Source: Podarcis erhardii (Eukaryota). Taken from it: a stretch of 64,000 nucleotides of DNA. The translations under genes and the position numbers were made by a program. A model generated the notes under the pieces. The model was not told the origin of the DNA and ran no database searches. It worked only from the letters and a program-made list of their open reading frames with translations. The DNA lies in the NCBI GenBank assembly GCA_964252035.1, contig OZ176205.1; one strand, 5' to 3'. This document shows positions 48,201 to 61,439 of this stretch, piece by piece (position 1 is the stretch's first letter; each line of letters begins with the position of its first letter).

Positions 48201-49596
48201 GACCTCACAAATACACACACACAGAGAAAGAGACTTATAGTTCTTTCCCCTCTCACCACCACCACCCACCGTGGTTTTCTCTCCTCTGCCCCTCCTTCAT
48301 GCTTGTCATTTGTCAGAGAAGCTAAAGGCGCCTCTTACCTTTCATTTCCGGGAGTCTTTACAGCCACCTTCACCCCATTACTGTCTGCACATCAGCGCAG
48401 GGCAAATCAGCATCGCTACCCTTGGCCATGTTTTCCTGCTTCCACCTCCATCCAGTTTTATCACCCAAAGTGACACTGTTTGTCATTAGAAGCAAGCATG
48501 ATGATAATCACCACAATTTCTTTTATTTCTTTCTGAATTAAGTAAACTGATGATGTGTGAAATTAAACCAAGTTTCCCTTAGGGCAGTATCATCAACCTT
48601 GAGATCCTGTCTGCCCCTCTAAAGTTTGAGACCCTGCATGTTCCTCCACCGACTGCTTTGCCCGTCCTTTCCCCTTCTTGCTATGATTCTGATTTTACTC
48701 CATAGTAAGCAGAGAAGCAGGGTAGGGAAGAGAACTAGGACTGGGCTAAGAGGCACAAGAGATGCATCATCTGCCCCTGTCTTGGAGCATGTGAAGGATA
48801 TAGATGGAAGTTTTGGGTTAACCCCCGTCCACTTTGGTTCTTACCTCTGCTTGCTGCCTTTTCATTTTCCCACTCCCTTTAATGAGAGAATAAACCGCAC
48901 ATCTCCAGCTTGTAAATTTTGGGTTTTCTATTTGAATGGCATGACAGGGACATTCAGCTATCCCCCCCCCAAGGTTATAAGACCTGCCAAATTTCAACCA
49001 GATTGGCAAAGGGTCTCCATTTTAGTTAAGACCCCCGCATTCCTATTTCACCTTTGCCTTACATTACAACAGATGTAAAATAAGGGTGGGTGCATTTCTT
49101 TTTTCTTCTTCAGTTGCTTTAGAAATGATTGCACAAAACAGAACCTGTGCTTTGTCCCCTTGTAATTGCATCTATCATTCTGCAGCCTCATGCTGTGGCC
49201 TAGCATATAATGAGAGTGTGATATACAGGGAATATACTGACCATTGTGGAGTAGACTTGAATACGTCAGTATAAAATGCCAACACGGCTCAACTAAGTGC
49301 AGCCTGCTTAAGTGTTGTTGATCTCCAGATAAAATCAAACATGGCACAGACTTATCTGGAGATCATGCATTTTCTGGGCAATTTTGTATATTAGCTACAA
49401 TGGTGGAACGAATCCTTCATAAATATTACACCCATATTTCAGTGGAGACATAACATCTGGCATTTGTGCTTTTAGCTTTCTTACCCATCTCTCCTGTTAA
49501 TGTAACTCTCTTGTAATGTTTAGGGAGTGTCTGTTCTCTGGAACTGTACAGTAGCACTCCCTTAACGGCTGGGCTTTTCTCTTTGTTTTGTTCCAG

Positions 49597-49744
49597 GTCA
49601 ACGTGGAGTCTTAAGGGAGATTACATTGCCTCCAACACAGATGAGTGCACAGCCACTCTGGTGTATGCTGTTAATCTGAAGCAATCTGGCACCGTCTCCT
49701 TTGAGTATATCTACCAAGACAGCAGCATCGTCTTTGAGTTCTTT
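49597..49744 (+). CDS. ELAPOR1: ELAPOR1 exon 4 ([21 protein letters not shown]...IVFEFF)
   Basis: 148 nt; ttccag / GTATGT. Confidence 0.96.
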
Positions 49745-50683
49745 GTATGTTTCCTATAACTCAATCCACCTTGCTAATATTGCATGCAAAGTGAGGGAGG
49801 ATTTCTTCTGGGCACTGTCTTTACCTATATGACCACCTCTGCACCAGTTTTCACTTTCTGGGCCTATCTGAAAAATGAATGTTGCATCTTATTGCAGTCA
49901 AGGACAAGGATTCCTGGTATTTAAACCAGAAAACATGGAAGGAGGTTCGTTTTTGTGTTGCTGGCAGTTCATTTAGCCTCCCACTGAACTGTTCCTTCTT
50001 GGACTTCATCTGGTGACAAATGAATTTTGGCAGCAGTTATTTTTGCAGTCCTTTCAAGATACAGTGGTTTCCCTTCTTTAGCGCTTCAAAGATAATGATG
50101 CTCATTTAAAACCAACAGCATTATTACTTTGGCATCTCCTCTCCTCCCTATTCACTACAATACAGTAGCCAAGAAGACTTTCCCAACATTTATACCATCT
50201 CCAGGGCCATTACCATATACCACTGTGTTCTTTAAAGTGCACTTCATATAACTTAACAACTCTGAAGTGTATTGAGGTGCATTGTATCACAATGTCTTTC
50301 ATAGAAGTGGCTCTTCCTCTACATTGCTTTAAGAAAGTGGGTAGATACAGGAATGGTTGCCTTGAGTGCCAAAATGGACACAAAACCATTTAACTGCTTA
50401 AAAATCTCTGAACAATGTGCTCTAGGTTTGCTGCTGGAGGATTAGTTAGGGTACTTTCTCCATCTTGTACTTTGTAGGAGCCCAGAAAAACCTACAGCAG
50501 CCTATCTTTCCAGCCTTTAAAGCTATGCATACATTCTCTCTACAGCATTAGAACTTGGTCCTACAAAAGAGTTTTGCCCTCCAGCAGCAAAAATGTTAAT
50601 TTTACTGTGATATCTTAAGCTGACTGCTACACATCAACTTATTTACCCCGTGTATCCTCATCCCAGGTTCTCATTTGTTGCAG

Positions 50684-50764
50684 ATTCAGAATGACCAGTG
50701 CCAGCCAACTGTAGAGGAGTCACGATGGATGAGAACCACAGAGAAAGGGTGGGAGACGCACACT
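50684..50764 (+). CDS. ELAPOR1: ELAPOR1 exon 5 (IQNDQCQPTVEESRWMRTTEKGWETHT)
   Basis: 81 nt; ttgcag / GTAAGT. Confidence 0.96.
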
Positions 50765-50920
50765 GTAAGTGCACAGAGCTCCTTAACTGTGCTTATGGCC
50801 AGCAGGGGCTTGGAGAAGGAGACCTGTGTGTGTTTCTGGGACTCAGTACTGAAGTCCCAAATGGTACAGCCTTTCAGTATCAGCTGGGACTTGAACTGTC
50901 TGTGCTTTGAACATTTGCAG

Positions 50921-51026
50921 GTGGAGCTGAGTCAGGGCAACAATGTTCTGTTTTGGAGAACGACAGCCTTCTCTGTGTGGTCCAAAACTCCCAAGCCTGT
51001 GTTAGTGAGGAACATTGAGATTACAG
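50921..51026 (+). CDS. ELAPOR1: ELAPOR1 exon 6 (VELSQGNNVLFWRTTAFSVWSK...NIEIT)
   Basis: 106 nt; ttgcag / GTTTGT. Confidence 0.95.
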
Positions 51027-51164
51027 GTTTGTGTTTGGTTGGTGCATGTCTCGGGTCTGATGCCACTATACAAGCTGTCGTTGTGCCCAGCAGCGGCTAA
51101 AAGGTTTTTTCCCTCTCTTGCACTGCTATCCAACCTCACCCCTTTCCTCCTCCCTCTTCCCTAG

Positions 51165-51314
51165 GAGTAGCCTTCACTTCTGAATGCTTTCCCTGCAAGG
51201 CAGGCACCTACACAGCCAAATTAGGTTCTTCCTTTTGCCAGCCATGCCCAGCAAACTCCTACTCCAGCAAAACAGCTACTTCCTGCCACCAGTGCGAGCC
51301 AGCAATGTACTCAG
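51165..51314 (+). CDS. ELAPOR1: ELAPOR1 exon 7 ([16 protein letters not shown]...[10 protein letters not shown])
   Basis: 150 nt; ccctag / GTAAGC. Confidence 0.95.
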
Positions 51315-51374
51315 GTAAGCACCTTAGCTAATTATTAGAAAACTTATGAAGGAAGCTGATTTATGACTTTGGAG

Positions 51375-51548
51375 TATAGGAAGCTGCTTTTATATGGAGT
51401 CCATCTTGCTCAATATTGTCTACACTGACTGGCAGTGGCTCTCCAGGGTTTCAGGCAGGAGTCTCTCCCAGCCCTACCTGGGGATGCTGGGGATTGAACT
51501 TGGGACCTTCTGTATGCAAGGCAGGGGCAGTACCACTGAGCTATGGTC
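51375..51548 (-). mobile_element. tRNA-derived SINE (Squam3-like)
   Basis: Reverse complement of the 62600-62779 family, including head CCATAGCTCAGTGG and tail GCAGCTTCCTAT. Confidence 0.8.
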
Positions 51549-51822
51549 TATTCCCATAGCTTTACTTAGCAAAAGTATCCCATATCCCCAACTGTTTGCC
51601 CAGCTTCCAAGTTCAGTTGAATATGCTACCTAAACCTTCCTGCCAGCTTAGAACCCATTGCACCTGCTCCGACGAAGAAAAACTAATTGCTCTCCTTTCT
51701 TCTCTTCAAAAATGTAATTAATGTAGCCATGTTCTTTCCCCTGTTTCTGTAAGAGGCTAAGTCTGCAGTGTTGGGCACTGATTTTGCTTTGGCTTGTAAT
51801 GATTTGGCATCAACCCTCTGAT

Positions 51823-51849
51823 CACACACACACACACACACACACACAC
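51823..51849. repeat. (CA)13 microsatellite
   Basis: Read directly. Confidence 0.95.
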
Positions 51850-52742
51850 CATTTTCTTTCTCCCAGTAACATTCACAAGCATGTGAAACTGAGGGGGAGA
51901 GGAGGGAGAACAGTAAGTGAAGATGAAACCAAAAGCCTGGGGTAGCCAGTGTAGTGCCCACCCAGATGAGCCTCAATCAGCCCAAACCAGCACAGACAGT
52001 GGGTCAAAGATGATGGGAGCTCCTGGGAGACAGCCCATTAGCTATCCTTGCCAAAAGCTATTTCTAAGCAGTTTCCATTAACACAAGCACCAAGACATAT
52101 TGTTTTAACTTCCTCCTACCTTATTGATAGCGAGGCATTTAAAAGTGCAGTTATTTAAATTCCCTTCATCATTGGAGGGTGTTGGCATGCTTAGAAGCAT
52201 TTATTATTGCAAGCTGGAAGCATAGGGAACCCCCCCCCAGCTTTTCCATGCCCACTTGGGTGCCATTTTCCTTCTTCCCTGGGCATTTGATAAGTTTGAG
52301 AAAGTTGCGGGGTGGGGGGTGGGGACTGGCAAGCAAGATTACTCGCAACAGTGGAGAAATTAGCCCAGGCTGGATCTATATGAGCTTTGGAAAATTACTG
52401 GGGAAACTTGAGCTTTTTCAGAGAATTCTCCAAATGAAAGTTTGGAAAGATCTAGCCCATTAAATGTAGGCACATTTTTATCCTCTCCATGGAAAGTAGG
52501 TCTAAGTCTCAAGCAGATTTTTGATCCGTAGTTCTGTGCTTTTGGAGGAATTTTACACAGCTGGATTTGGGGCATCGTTCTCATGTATTGCTCTCTGCAT
52601 AATGAGGGGTATGTTTTGTTAGGGCCTTCATGCTTTGAGCATAATTTGCTCAGTTCTATGGAACTCTCCCTTGCAGAAAGACTTGGAAAGTTACTTTCAA
52701 ATTACAGGCTCATAGCAGTTTCATTCCTCTTTGTGGTTGCTT

Positions 52743-52889
52743 AGAATCACAGAATTGTAGAGTTTGAAGGGACCACAAGGGTCATTTAGTCTAACCCCCT
52801 GCAATGCAGCAATCTTTGGCCCATCATGGGGCTTGAACCCATGACTCTTGAGATTAAGAGTCTCATGTTCTACCAACTTAGCTATCTCA
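52743..52889 (-). mobile_element. tRNA-derived SINE with CR1-type tail (same family as 38642-38787)
   Basis: AGAATCACAGAATTGTAGAG...GGGCTTGAACCC...AGCTATC. Confidence 0.75.
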
Positions 52890-53576
52890 GGCTTGCATCA
52901 TATCTGGCGAGTGCAGTATCAGTGTTGTCTGTTCCCCTATAAGAAGTGGCAGCAGTTGTCACATCAGACTGCGGCATTTTGATTGGTTGCTGTCATGCAG
53001 GAAGACTTTGACTTGATCAGCTTCAAAACCTTATGCTTGAAGCATTTTACCAGGCTGCTGGAAACTATAGGGGGAAACAATGGACCTTGGGTTTCCCCTT
53101 TCCTCCATGGGGAAGAGAGTATTCAACTTAATGACAAAATGCTCCATCTTCAGGGCAAAATCCCTGTAATTTTCTCATCAATTGCTGCCACTTTTTCTTA
53201 CCCTAAAAAGGCTGGGAACTGCCTGCTCCTTTAACATAATACAAAAACATGTTCTTTGTTCCCATCAGATTCAATTGTCTTAAGCAAATACGAGGCAAAT
53301 GACTTCTAACAATTTCTAGGAGAACAAATGTTGGAACTGAAGCCTGAAACGACCTGTACATCTGCACACATGCACAGACTGCCCTTCTCATTGCTCCGGT
53401 TAAATACACTGAATAGATTTATGGTAGCCATGATTAGTACCTGCTACACAGAGATAAAATATGGGCATGTGTGTGAGATGGGCATGGCACCTTTCTGAAG
53501 TTCCTGCTGAGTTGTTGCTAGATTGATTCTTTCATGCTCATGTGGTTTTAACCATTGTTTCCTCTTTTCAATGAAG

Positions 53577-53665
53577 AACCAGGTTCAGCATCATGCAAGC
53601 CACGCCCAGCTTGCACAGATAAGGATTATTTTTATACTCATACAGCCTGTGATACCAATGGAGAG
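53577..53665 (+). CDS. ELAPOR1: ELAPOR1 exon 8 ([30 protein letters not shown])
   Basis: 89 nt; AAG acceptor / GTAATT. Confidence 0.94.
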
Positions 53666-54597
53666 GTAATTCACCTTCTGGATTTCCTTGTTTGTGATGG
53701 TGGCGTTTAAATAGTGAAAAATTCTTGTTTAGCTTTTTGACATACACAGCTATAGAGCTTACCTTTAACGGAAAAGACCGTACTGCAAAGCATTGTACAT
53801 GCTTTAATAAGCAGGGACATAAGGAGTCACTGAGCATGCAGGAATATAAAGGAGTCAAGCCCTGAAGATGGCATAGCTGGCTAAGCCTACCCACCTCTTT
53901 TAATAAGCAGAACCCACTGCTGCTGGTTTCTCCTTATTAGAAGAGGTGTGTGGCCTTGGAAAGGCCTCACCTCCTTGTCTACCTCAGGAAGAGGGAAGTG
54001 GCTACAGCGGGATGTGGCATGAACCTGCAGGCTTCCTTCTCTTGGTGGTGGTGTGTAGGGACGAAGGAGAGAAACTTGTTCTTCCCATCATCATGCCGCC
54101 ACCACCAAGAGAAGGAAGCCTAAATGGGACATAAAGGGGAGAAACACTTTCTCCCCTTGTGTCCTGTCTCAGAGAAGGAAGCCTGTGCAGGATTGCTTGC
54201 AGTGACAGACTTTGGTGTCTCCTGCCCTCTGGGGCAAAATGTACCACTCCGGCACTGGCACCTGGTCACTGTGAAAGCAGAATGTTGGGGTAGTTGGGTC
54301 AGTTCAAGCAAGGCTCTTCTTATCACTGCTGTGTGCAAAGAGCACCCCCATGTGGACCATTTCATACTGACAGTATATCACTAAACTTGGGGAGGGAACT
54401 CAGAACAGCCGGGAGTAAGAGGAGGAGGAGCTAATATGTCGGGGCTTCTTTCCTGGAATATCCTCATAATGCTTTTTGCAGATGGGCAGAGAGCCTGTGT
54501 AATTGTTGTTCATGTAAAGAGATATCTAGGCATTGCACAGCTTTTTGCGGATTAAAGTGTAGAAATGTTTGCTCCTATCTCTTTCTTATATCAACAG

Positions 54598-54775
54598 ACT
54601 CAGTTAATGTATAAGTGGGCTGAACCAAAGATCTGCAGCGAGGAGCTCCCCGGTTCTGTAGAATTGCCTGCTTCTGGCATAAAAACTACATGCCCACCTT
54701 GCAATCCTGGTTTTTTCAAGACAAACACCAGTTCCTGCGAGCCCTGCCCATACGGATCATATTCAAATGGGTCTG
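54598..54775 (+). CDS. ELAPOR1: ELAPOR1 exon 9 ([15 protein letters not shown]...[10 protein letters not shown])
   Basis: 178 nt; caacag / GTAATG. Confidence 0.96.
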
Positions 54776-55654
54776 GTAATGCTGTTCTGTTCTTTCCTTC
54801 TTGGCTGGCCAAATTGTCACATGAATTACTTTCTTTAAAATGTTTCAATGAATAGGGACCTGTGCAGTGTCAGTGGGGATGCATACAGGGAACCTGAAGT
54901 TACTGATTTGGAGCTGATGTTATTTATGCTTACTGCATTCAGAGGTGGCATAAAACGGAGCCCAGTCTTTGTGTGAGCTCTTCATTTTCCTATTCTTTGT
55001 TGTTGCTGCTAATTCCACATTCTTGCCAATGGCAACAGAGTTGTGAGGTGGGATACAGCTCATGGAACTGGCTGCTTTGTCCTTACACAGATAGATCCTC
55101 TTTGTCACTTACTTGATTAAAAACAGCAACAACAAAAATGCATGATATGGCACTCCCCTTCTGTCAGGAAATTCATTGGTAATTTGCAGAGGCGGCTACC
55201 AGCCTATTCTTAGGGTTTGCTTACCCAACCACTTTTGCAAATGGAATAATCAATATGCAATGACTCTCCTGGTAAAGGCCTGCAAGGTAATATTATCCTG
55301 TGGTAGCAGTATAAGTCCTGGAAAACACTTTTTTTCTAGCATATTTCAAGATACCGCAAAATAGTGGCTAGACCACACCGGGCCATTTTGCCACTTTAGT
55401 ATCAAGTGGGAAAGCTCTGCCAAAGGGGATTTTTCCACCTGAAAAATGTGTGCAGTATATGTTCAGTAGGCATGTACATGTGCACAACTCTGAAGCATGT
55501 TGCTGCCAAGCCTGCCTCTATATAGGTTATTCTCATTCTTTGTTTCAGAAAGGGCTGCTAGCGCCCACCAGCCACCTAGTGACGGCCTTCCACATGGGAG
55601 TTCATTCCTCCTCCCGAGTTCCAGCATTGTAATGTTGCTTCCTTCTGTTCTCAG

Positions 55655-55783
55655 GTTGCATCAACTGCACCGTTGGGACTGAACCAGCTCTAGGCTTTGA
55701 ATACAAATGGTGGAACACGCTGCCAGCAAACATGGAGACGACGGTCCTCAGTGGAACCAGTTTTGAATATAAGGGAATGGCAG
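55655..55783 (+). CDS. ELAPOR1: ELAPOR1 exon 10 ([24 protein letters not shown]...KGMA)
   Basis: 129 nt; tctcag / GTATCT. Confidence 0.96.
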
Positions 55784-56132
55784 GTATCTTCATGAGCACA
55801 TATTAACCCGAGGTGTTGGGGCAGTTCTTGCATGGGTGGGCACTGTCATATTGTGAGGTCTCTTGCCCCTGCAAGCAGTGGGAAAGTTCACAGCACAGTG
55901 ACTCTCATTCCACTCGTACTGTCAGATGTTGCCAGATCAAAGAGAGGGGAGACACGGGGCTGCCTGCTTTCAGCGGCCGTCATGCTAAATTGTCTAGTTC
56001 TGGCCTCAGGCAACTGGACTTCCCGTGTCTCCGAGAAGTATGTAAGCGTTTATAGCGCTGTGTATTTAATGATATCCAACTGAAGTAATGCCCTTTCACT
56101 GAGTGGAGTTGGTGTTCTGCCTGCTGTTTCAG

Positions 56133-56223
56133 GGTGGGAAGTAGCTGGTGACTACATCTACACAGCAGCAGGAGCCTCTGACAATGACTTCATGATACTG
56201 ACACTGGTGATTCCTGGGTTCAG
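56133..56223 (+). CDS. ELAPOR1: ELAPOR1 exon 11 ([30 protein letters not shown])
   Basis: 91 nt; tttcag / GTGAGT. Confidence 0.96.
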
Positions 56224-56740
56224 GTGAGTGTGTAGCTGAGCTGGCAATGGCAAGCCTATGCATCCAAAATGCAGTAGGAGCACTGAGTCCAAGCAGTGGG
56301 ACCTTCTCCCCTTTAAGAGTGTGCTGCTTGCATTACTTCTTCCACAATCCTTAACTCACTGTGCTCATTGGTGAACAATAACAGAAAGAATGAATGAGGG
56401 ATTGAGTTGGCTTTTCAGTTTAACAAATCCTTGAAACATATATGAGCTCTCAGCAGCTGCCTGATTTTTGCCATGTCCTGGAAACAGCCATGCTTTCAAT
56501 GTATGCGTGTGACTGGAGTGCTGATTTTATTGGACTGGCCATCCTCAGATTCTTCAAATGTGTTCCAAATAAGAGCATAAGCTGAGGGAAACATTCAGAA
56601 TCATGGCTTGCTGAAGTAAGCCTTGCTAATTGAGGTGGTCTGTTTCCAGACATTCCTGCTCCCATCTCCTGTCCTCCCTGTGTTTTCACCAAGACCTGGA
56701 GCAAATAGATACCCCCTGAGTTTTGCTTGCTCTCTTGCAG

Positions 56741-56846
56741 TTCCCCACAATCGGTGATGGAGGACTCTGAAAGTAAAGAGATTGCAAGAATCACATTCGT
56801 CTTTGAAACGATCTGCAGTATGAGTTGTGAGCTTTATTTCATGGTG
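56741..56846 (+). CDS. ELAPOR1: ELAPOR1 exon 12 ([35 protein letters not shown])
   Basis: 106 nt; ttgcag / GTAAGT. Confidence 0.96.
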
Positions 56847-57707
56847 GTAAGTTGATCCAGCTTCTTCTCTCTCTAAAGTAGATAAGCTTTCTCTTGCTTG
56901 GTTTGCCTTGGGGTTTTGTGCTCCCAAGGCACAACAGGCTGTAGAAGGCACATGCCCCTTCTTCCTCTGTAGTTGATGCCTTTAGAAAAAGAGGCAAATC
57001 TCTTGGCTGTTTCCCAATTCTGGAAACTTTCACTGAAATCTATATGTTCCTATGGGGATATTTTCAAAGGTACAATAGCCCACCTGCATCCTGTAGTTAC
57101 AGCTCTGTGAGGACTCTGTGTCAAAATGCCACCATGGCGGCGAGAAAAATAAATATAGGTATACCACCTGTTGGTATGTTAAAAAATCAGCATTGTTGAT
57201 AACGTTAATATTATTAATAAAAACAGTGTACGAACTGGAAAACCATTCTAGACATATTTTGTTCAGAGATACACTTTGGACAGGTAGCAAGGTCACTCAT
57301 CATGCACGGTGCAAAATGAAAAAGACTTGTGAAAATGTTAAAATAAATGAGTATTATTGGGTTTTGCAAATGATGCTCTGAATTTCCTGTGCTTTATGAC
57401 CTGCAGCCCACATCAGCTTCTCTTGGGCTACAATGTGCGCGAAGGAAAATCTCTCCTAGTCACTGTAGCCTCTCTCTCCCAATTTCAGTGTCGTCTTTCC
57501 TCTTAACTGCTTCCTTCCCACTAATGCCTCCCCTCCCCTCCCCTCCTTTTCAGTTGGCTATTCCAAGGCTCTCATAATCTGCCAGGCATGATTTCCCTGC
57601 TTATACTCAAGTTACAGAAATATCTGTATCTGTAATAATAAAGAATTATTTAGGTAGAAAGCGTTGCTTGCTCTTTACTCACTAGGCCCCTGCTTTATCC
57701 CTGGTAG

Positions 57708-57845
57708 GGTGTCAATTCCAGAACCAACACGCCTGTGGAAACCTGGATTGGCTCGAAAGGAAAGCAATCCTACACCTACATCATTGAAAAGAACGCCACC
57801 ATGAGCTTCACGTGGGCCTTCCAAAGAACAGCATATCATGAGCCG
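57708..57845 (+). CDS. ELAPOR1: ELAPOR1 exon 13 ([13 protein letters not shown]...[13 protein letters not shown])
   Basis: 138 nt; TAG acceptor / GTAGGG. Confidence 0.95.
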
Positions 57846-58074
57846 GTAGGGACTATCACTTCCTGGGGAACCTTCTGTTCACAGCCAGTTCCTCAGTTAT
57901 CCTTTTGATGGGGAGTTCCTTGCCAGGAATCAGAGATACCCCAGTGTCTTGCTAATCAAAGATGTCCTAGCAAGGAATAGGCACACTATCTTCATTTGCA
58001 GCATCCCACCTTCGCTTTATCAAACGCTTCTACCTCTCCAAGGCCCTATGGACACTTTCTGTGTTTTGTTCTAG

Positions 58075-58332
58075 GGAAGAAAATACACCAGCGATGTTGC
58101 CAAGCTGTACTCTATCAATGTGACCAACGTCATCGAAGGCGTAGCGTCATACTGCCGGGTGTGCGCTCTGGAATCCTCAGGCTCGTCCTGTACTTCCTGC
58201 CCACATGGCCACTACATCGACAGAAGCTCTGGGGGCTGCTACCCGTGTGCAGCAAACACGTACCTGAAAGCTCACCAGCCCTATGGCAGCCAGGCCTGCA
58301 TCCCTTGTGGTCCTGGCACAAAAAACAACCCG
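58075..58332 (+). CDS. ELAPOR1: ELAPOR1 exon 14 ([19 protein letters not shown]...CGPGTKNNP)
   Basis: 258 nt; ttctag / GTAATA. Confidence 0.96.
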
Positions 58333-59118
58333 GTAATATTGTCCTCCTTTCTGCCTATCGTTTCTGGCCAATTTGCAATGATCTACACTGTTAGCTAAAT
58401 AAAAGTGCCCCATTAAGTTTATAAATCATTTAGTTGGCAGAGGGCTTTCCATTAAAAGCAGCAGTAGGGCAGTATCAGTATATTAGTATTAGTATACCAT
58501 CCCTCATCCAAAATTACAGACAGAATCTGTATGCACAAGAAATTGCAGATCTGTTGGCCGGAGAGGGTTCCACTTGAAGTGGCAGGCAAGATCCCACCCA
58601 GTCAGCAAAGCCTGCCTGCTCACATGGTGTGCATGAGGCCAGATCCTTAAAAAAGAAGATATATAACTGAAAACTTTGTCTTAACAAACTTTTGCATTTT
58701 TCTTATCTTATTGAAAATGTGGAACCTGTAGACTGAAAGGGATTCTTCCCTTACCAAATCATCCCAGAGTTTTGCTTTAAAAAAACCCAAGCTTGTCTTT
58801 CCTCAGAAATATTAAGTTATTTCCTGCCAAAATGGAAATGGCACTAGAACAGCTAAGCGGTTCATCTCCACATACTCTGTTTTGTGTAATTATCCACATG
58901 GTTCCCTGGAGGAAATTGGCAAGTGAGATTCCTGTGAACAGAAGCTTATGGGATTCTGGAGCACTATAAACCTGGCCAGCTTGAGAATAATCAGCCACAT
59001 TTGGGTTCCTTCCTCTCAGAGTAAACTTGGGTTTTACATGGTGCTGGAGACACTGACAATTTCTGAGCTCCTCTATGAGGAAATAAATTGACTGTAAAAA
59101 AAATGTTCTGCTCCCCAG

Positions 59119-59292
59119 ATCCATTCTCTTTGTTACAGTGACTGTCACCTCTCAGTCATCGCGGACGGCAGGACTCTGGAGTATGACTTCTCAGCACTGT
59201 CTAATAGCACATCCTTTTTGGTGGGGCCCAGTTTTACCACCAAAGGGCTAAAGTATTTTCACCACTTCAACATCAGCCTCTGTGGGAATCAT
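59119..59292 (+). CDS. ELAPOR1: ELAPOR1 exon 15 (IHSLCYSDC...GPSFTTKGLKYFHHFNISLCGNH)
   Basis: 174 nt; ccccag / GTAAGT. Confidence 0.96.
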
Positions 59293-59975
59293 GTAAGTAC
59301 GTGGCGAGGCTTCTGAGAAGCCCATCCTCTATGCAGGGCCCCAACATGTGAGAGTGGCTTATATGGTACAAATCACCCTTATGTGAAGAGAGTTTCTAGG
59401 CACCCATGCTCACCCCGGAGCCGCAGAACGTTTCCTTAGCAGAATCCCATCCTCCTGGCTACTCTAGCTGAACCACTGCAACAAAACAGCTCAAATTCTT
59501 GAAGGTCTCTTATCTGTAACTTAAGGGAAACGTTTTACTATCGTGATGCAACTGCCCTTCTCTCCTGTGAAAGGATGGGTGTTAATAGATCCCTGTGCAC
59601 TGAAAGTGTGTGTGTCACAGTATCATTGATTTATCCCCACCACCAATGACAGCTGGTGACCACACACCCTACCCATGCATACAGAACTCTTCGGAATTGG
59701 CTCTTTGTGTGTACATAGAGCTTCTCCATGCAAAGCAGGGTCCGTTTATCCCAGACTCCTCACCCCTGTTATATGTGGGAGCTCTACGCACATACATTGA
59801 TACACAAATAGACACCCTTCCAATATGCATGGGTAATGGAAAATGCGGTGATCAGAGGCGCTGGTGCTAGGCTTTGAAACCCTCCTCGTGCTTTCAGTGC
59901 ATTAGGGTGGGTTCATCTTTCTCTTACTATGGTTCCTTTAAAAAGAACTTCAGGTTTTATAAAGACAAGGATCCA

Positions 59976-59980
<5 letters not shown>

Positions 59981-60022
<42 letters not shown>
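59981..60022. repeat. (CT)21 microsatellite
   Basis: Read directly; 25 nt upstream of exon 16. Confidence 0.97.
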
Positions 60023-60025
<3 letters not shown>

Positions 60026-60047
60026 CCCCCCTTGCAATTCTCTGAAG

Positions 60048-60228
60048 GGAAGGAAAATGGCAACCTGCACGGATAACGTCACAGACATGCACATCCTGGG
60101 CAAAGAGACAGAGTTCTCCAAATCAACTTCCTCCTATGTATGCCAGTCCATCATTGTCCCCTCTGATGTGATGGCTTACAAATCAGTGGTGTCTTCCCAA
60201 CCCGTGAGCCTGGCAGACCGCTTTGTAG
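60048..60228 (+). CDS. ELAPOR1: ELAPOR1 exon 16 ([13 protein letters not shown]...[12 protein letters not shown])
   Basis: 181 nt; AAG acceptor / GTGAGA. Confidence 0.95.
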
Positions 60229-60359
60229 GTGAGAATTGCAGGGAGCATAAGTCTGTGCTTTGAACAGAGGACTCTGGTTGCTGTTTGATAGAGGCTTTTG
60301 GGGGAGTTGCATGTGCTGATTCAGGTGACAGGAACATCCCTGATTATGCCTTCTAGATA

Positions 60360-60540
60360 AGTCATAGAATCATAGAGCTGGAAGGTACCCAAAGGGTTGT
60401 CTAGCTCAACTCCCTGCAAAGCAGGAATTACAGCTAAGGAATCCCTGGCAGATGGCCATCCAACATCTGTTTAAAAACCTCCAATGAAGGAGAGTCCATC
60501 ATGTTCCAAGGGAGTCCATTCCACTGTCAAACAACTGAAT
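60360..60540 (-). mobile_element. CR1 LINE 3' fragment
   Basis: TCATAGAATCATAGAGCTGGAAGG...CCATCCAAC.TCTGTTTAAAAACCTCCA is a typical reverse-complemented CR1 end (recall). Confidence 0.75.
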
Positions 60541-61188
60541 GGAAAAGTAGTGAGTTCAGTGTGGCTCCTTCATCTAAAACAAAGTCAACTTTGATGAAAA
60601 CCCTACACTACTCAGTGCCACTAAACTTTAGCTCCCCACTCCTCAGCTGTGTTTATTGCTTTCTGTCCAGGTCCCAGGAAAGCAAAAGAGGGAAAGTCAT
60701 AGCAATTTCCCAATTTTTGCTGCTTCTTTTTTTTAAAAAGGTATATAGCTAGAGAAATACTTTTTTTTTTTTGCACTGGGTTCTGTTCTACCTCAAATCA
60801 CTGGCACCACCTCCAGGCCCATAAAATAAAGTATATTTTATTTCCAGGAATTGGCAATCTACTTTTATTTTATATATTGTCATTTTATTTTTATTTTTTT
60901 CAAGACCTGGCAATCCAATAGCTAAACCTGGGTCACTCACACACACTAACAGAGCCTAACCAAAGGCACAACAGGCCTCACTTGTTTCTCTGACCCTGAT
61001 CAGCATTTGTGAGGAAAGCAATGAACAAGACAAGCCTGTTTTCTGGAAGCAGTGAAGAGAGAATTGAAATGGGATTCTCCTCTGTGAAGCTCTTTAGCAC
61101 AGTCAGTTTTGGGAGAGGGGTGGTCCCGGGAACGTCCACTGTCTTCTCAGTGCACTGTCCTTCTCACTGGTTTGCTTCTAACTTGTAG

Positions 61189-61285
61189 GAGTAACAAGGG
61201 AGACCACTCTGGACAACATCACTTCTTTTCCTGACTATTTCCCTGCAGAGAATGTGGGCTTACCAGATGTGATATTTTTTTACAG
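61189..61285 (+). CDS. ELAPOR1: ELAPOR1 exon 17 (GVTRETTLDNIT...GLPDVIFFY)
   Basis: 97 nt; ttgtag / GTAAGC. Confidence 0.95.
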
Positions 61286-61439
61286 GTAAGCTACAAGACT
61301 GCCAAACATAGGTGAAGGCAGTTTTAGCAGTCTTCTGTGGAAAACTCTGGGTTATTCCTACGTCTTGGAACATTTTTAGTATTTCAGCATCACAGGGAAT
61401 TTGGGGGCTTTGGCATTCTGGAACCTTCCAAAGAGGATT

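Noticed and set aside
48800-49030. Possible DNA-transposon terminal fragment (TGCCAAATTTCAACCAGATTGG)
   Set aside because: No partner TIR or TSD found; cannot be classified by eye.
55784-55792. Possible U12-type intron after exon 10 (GTATCTTCA)
   Set aside because: Departs from the U12 donor GTATCCTT, and I saw no TCCTTAAC branch site before exon 11.
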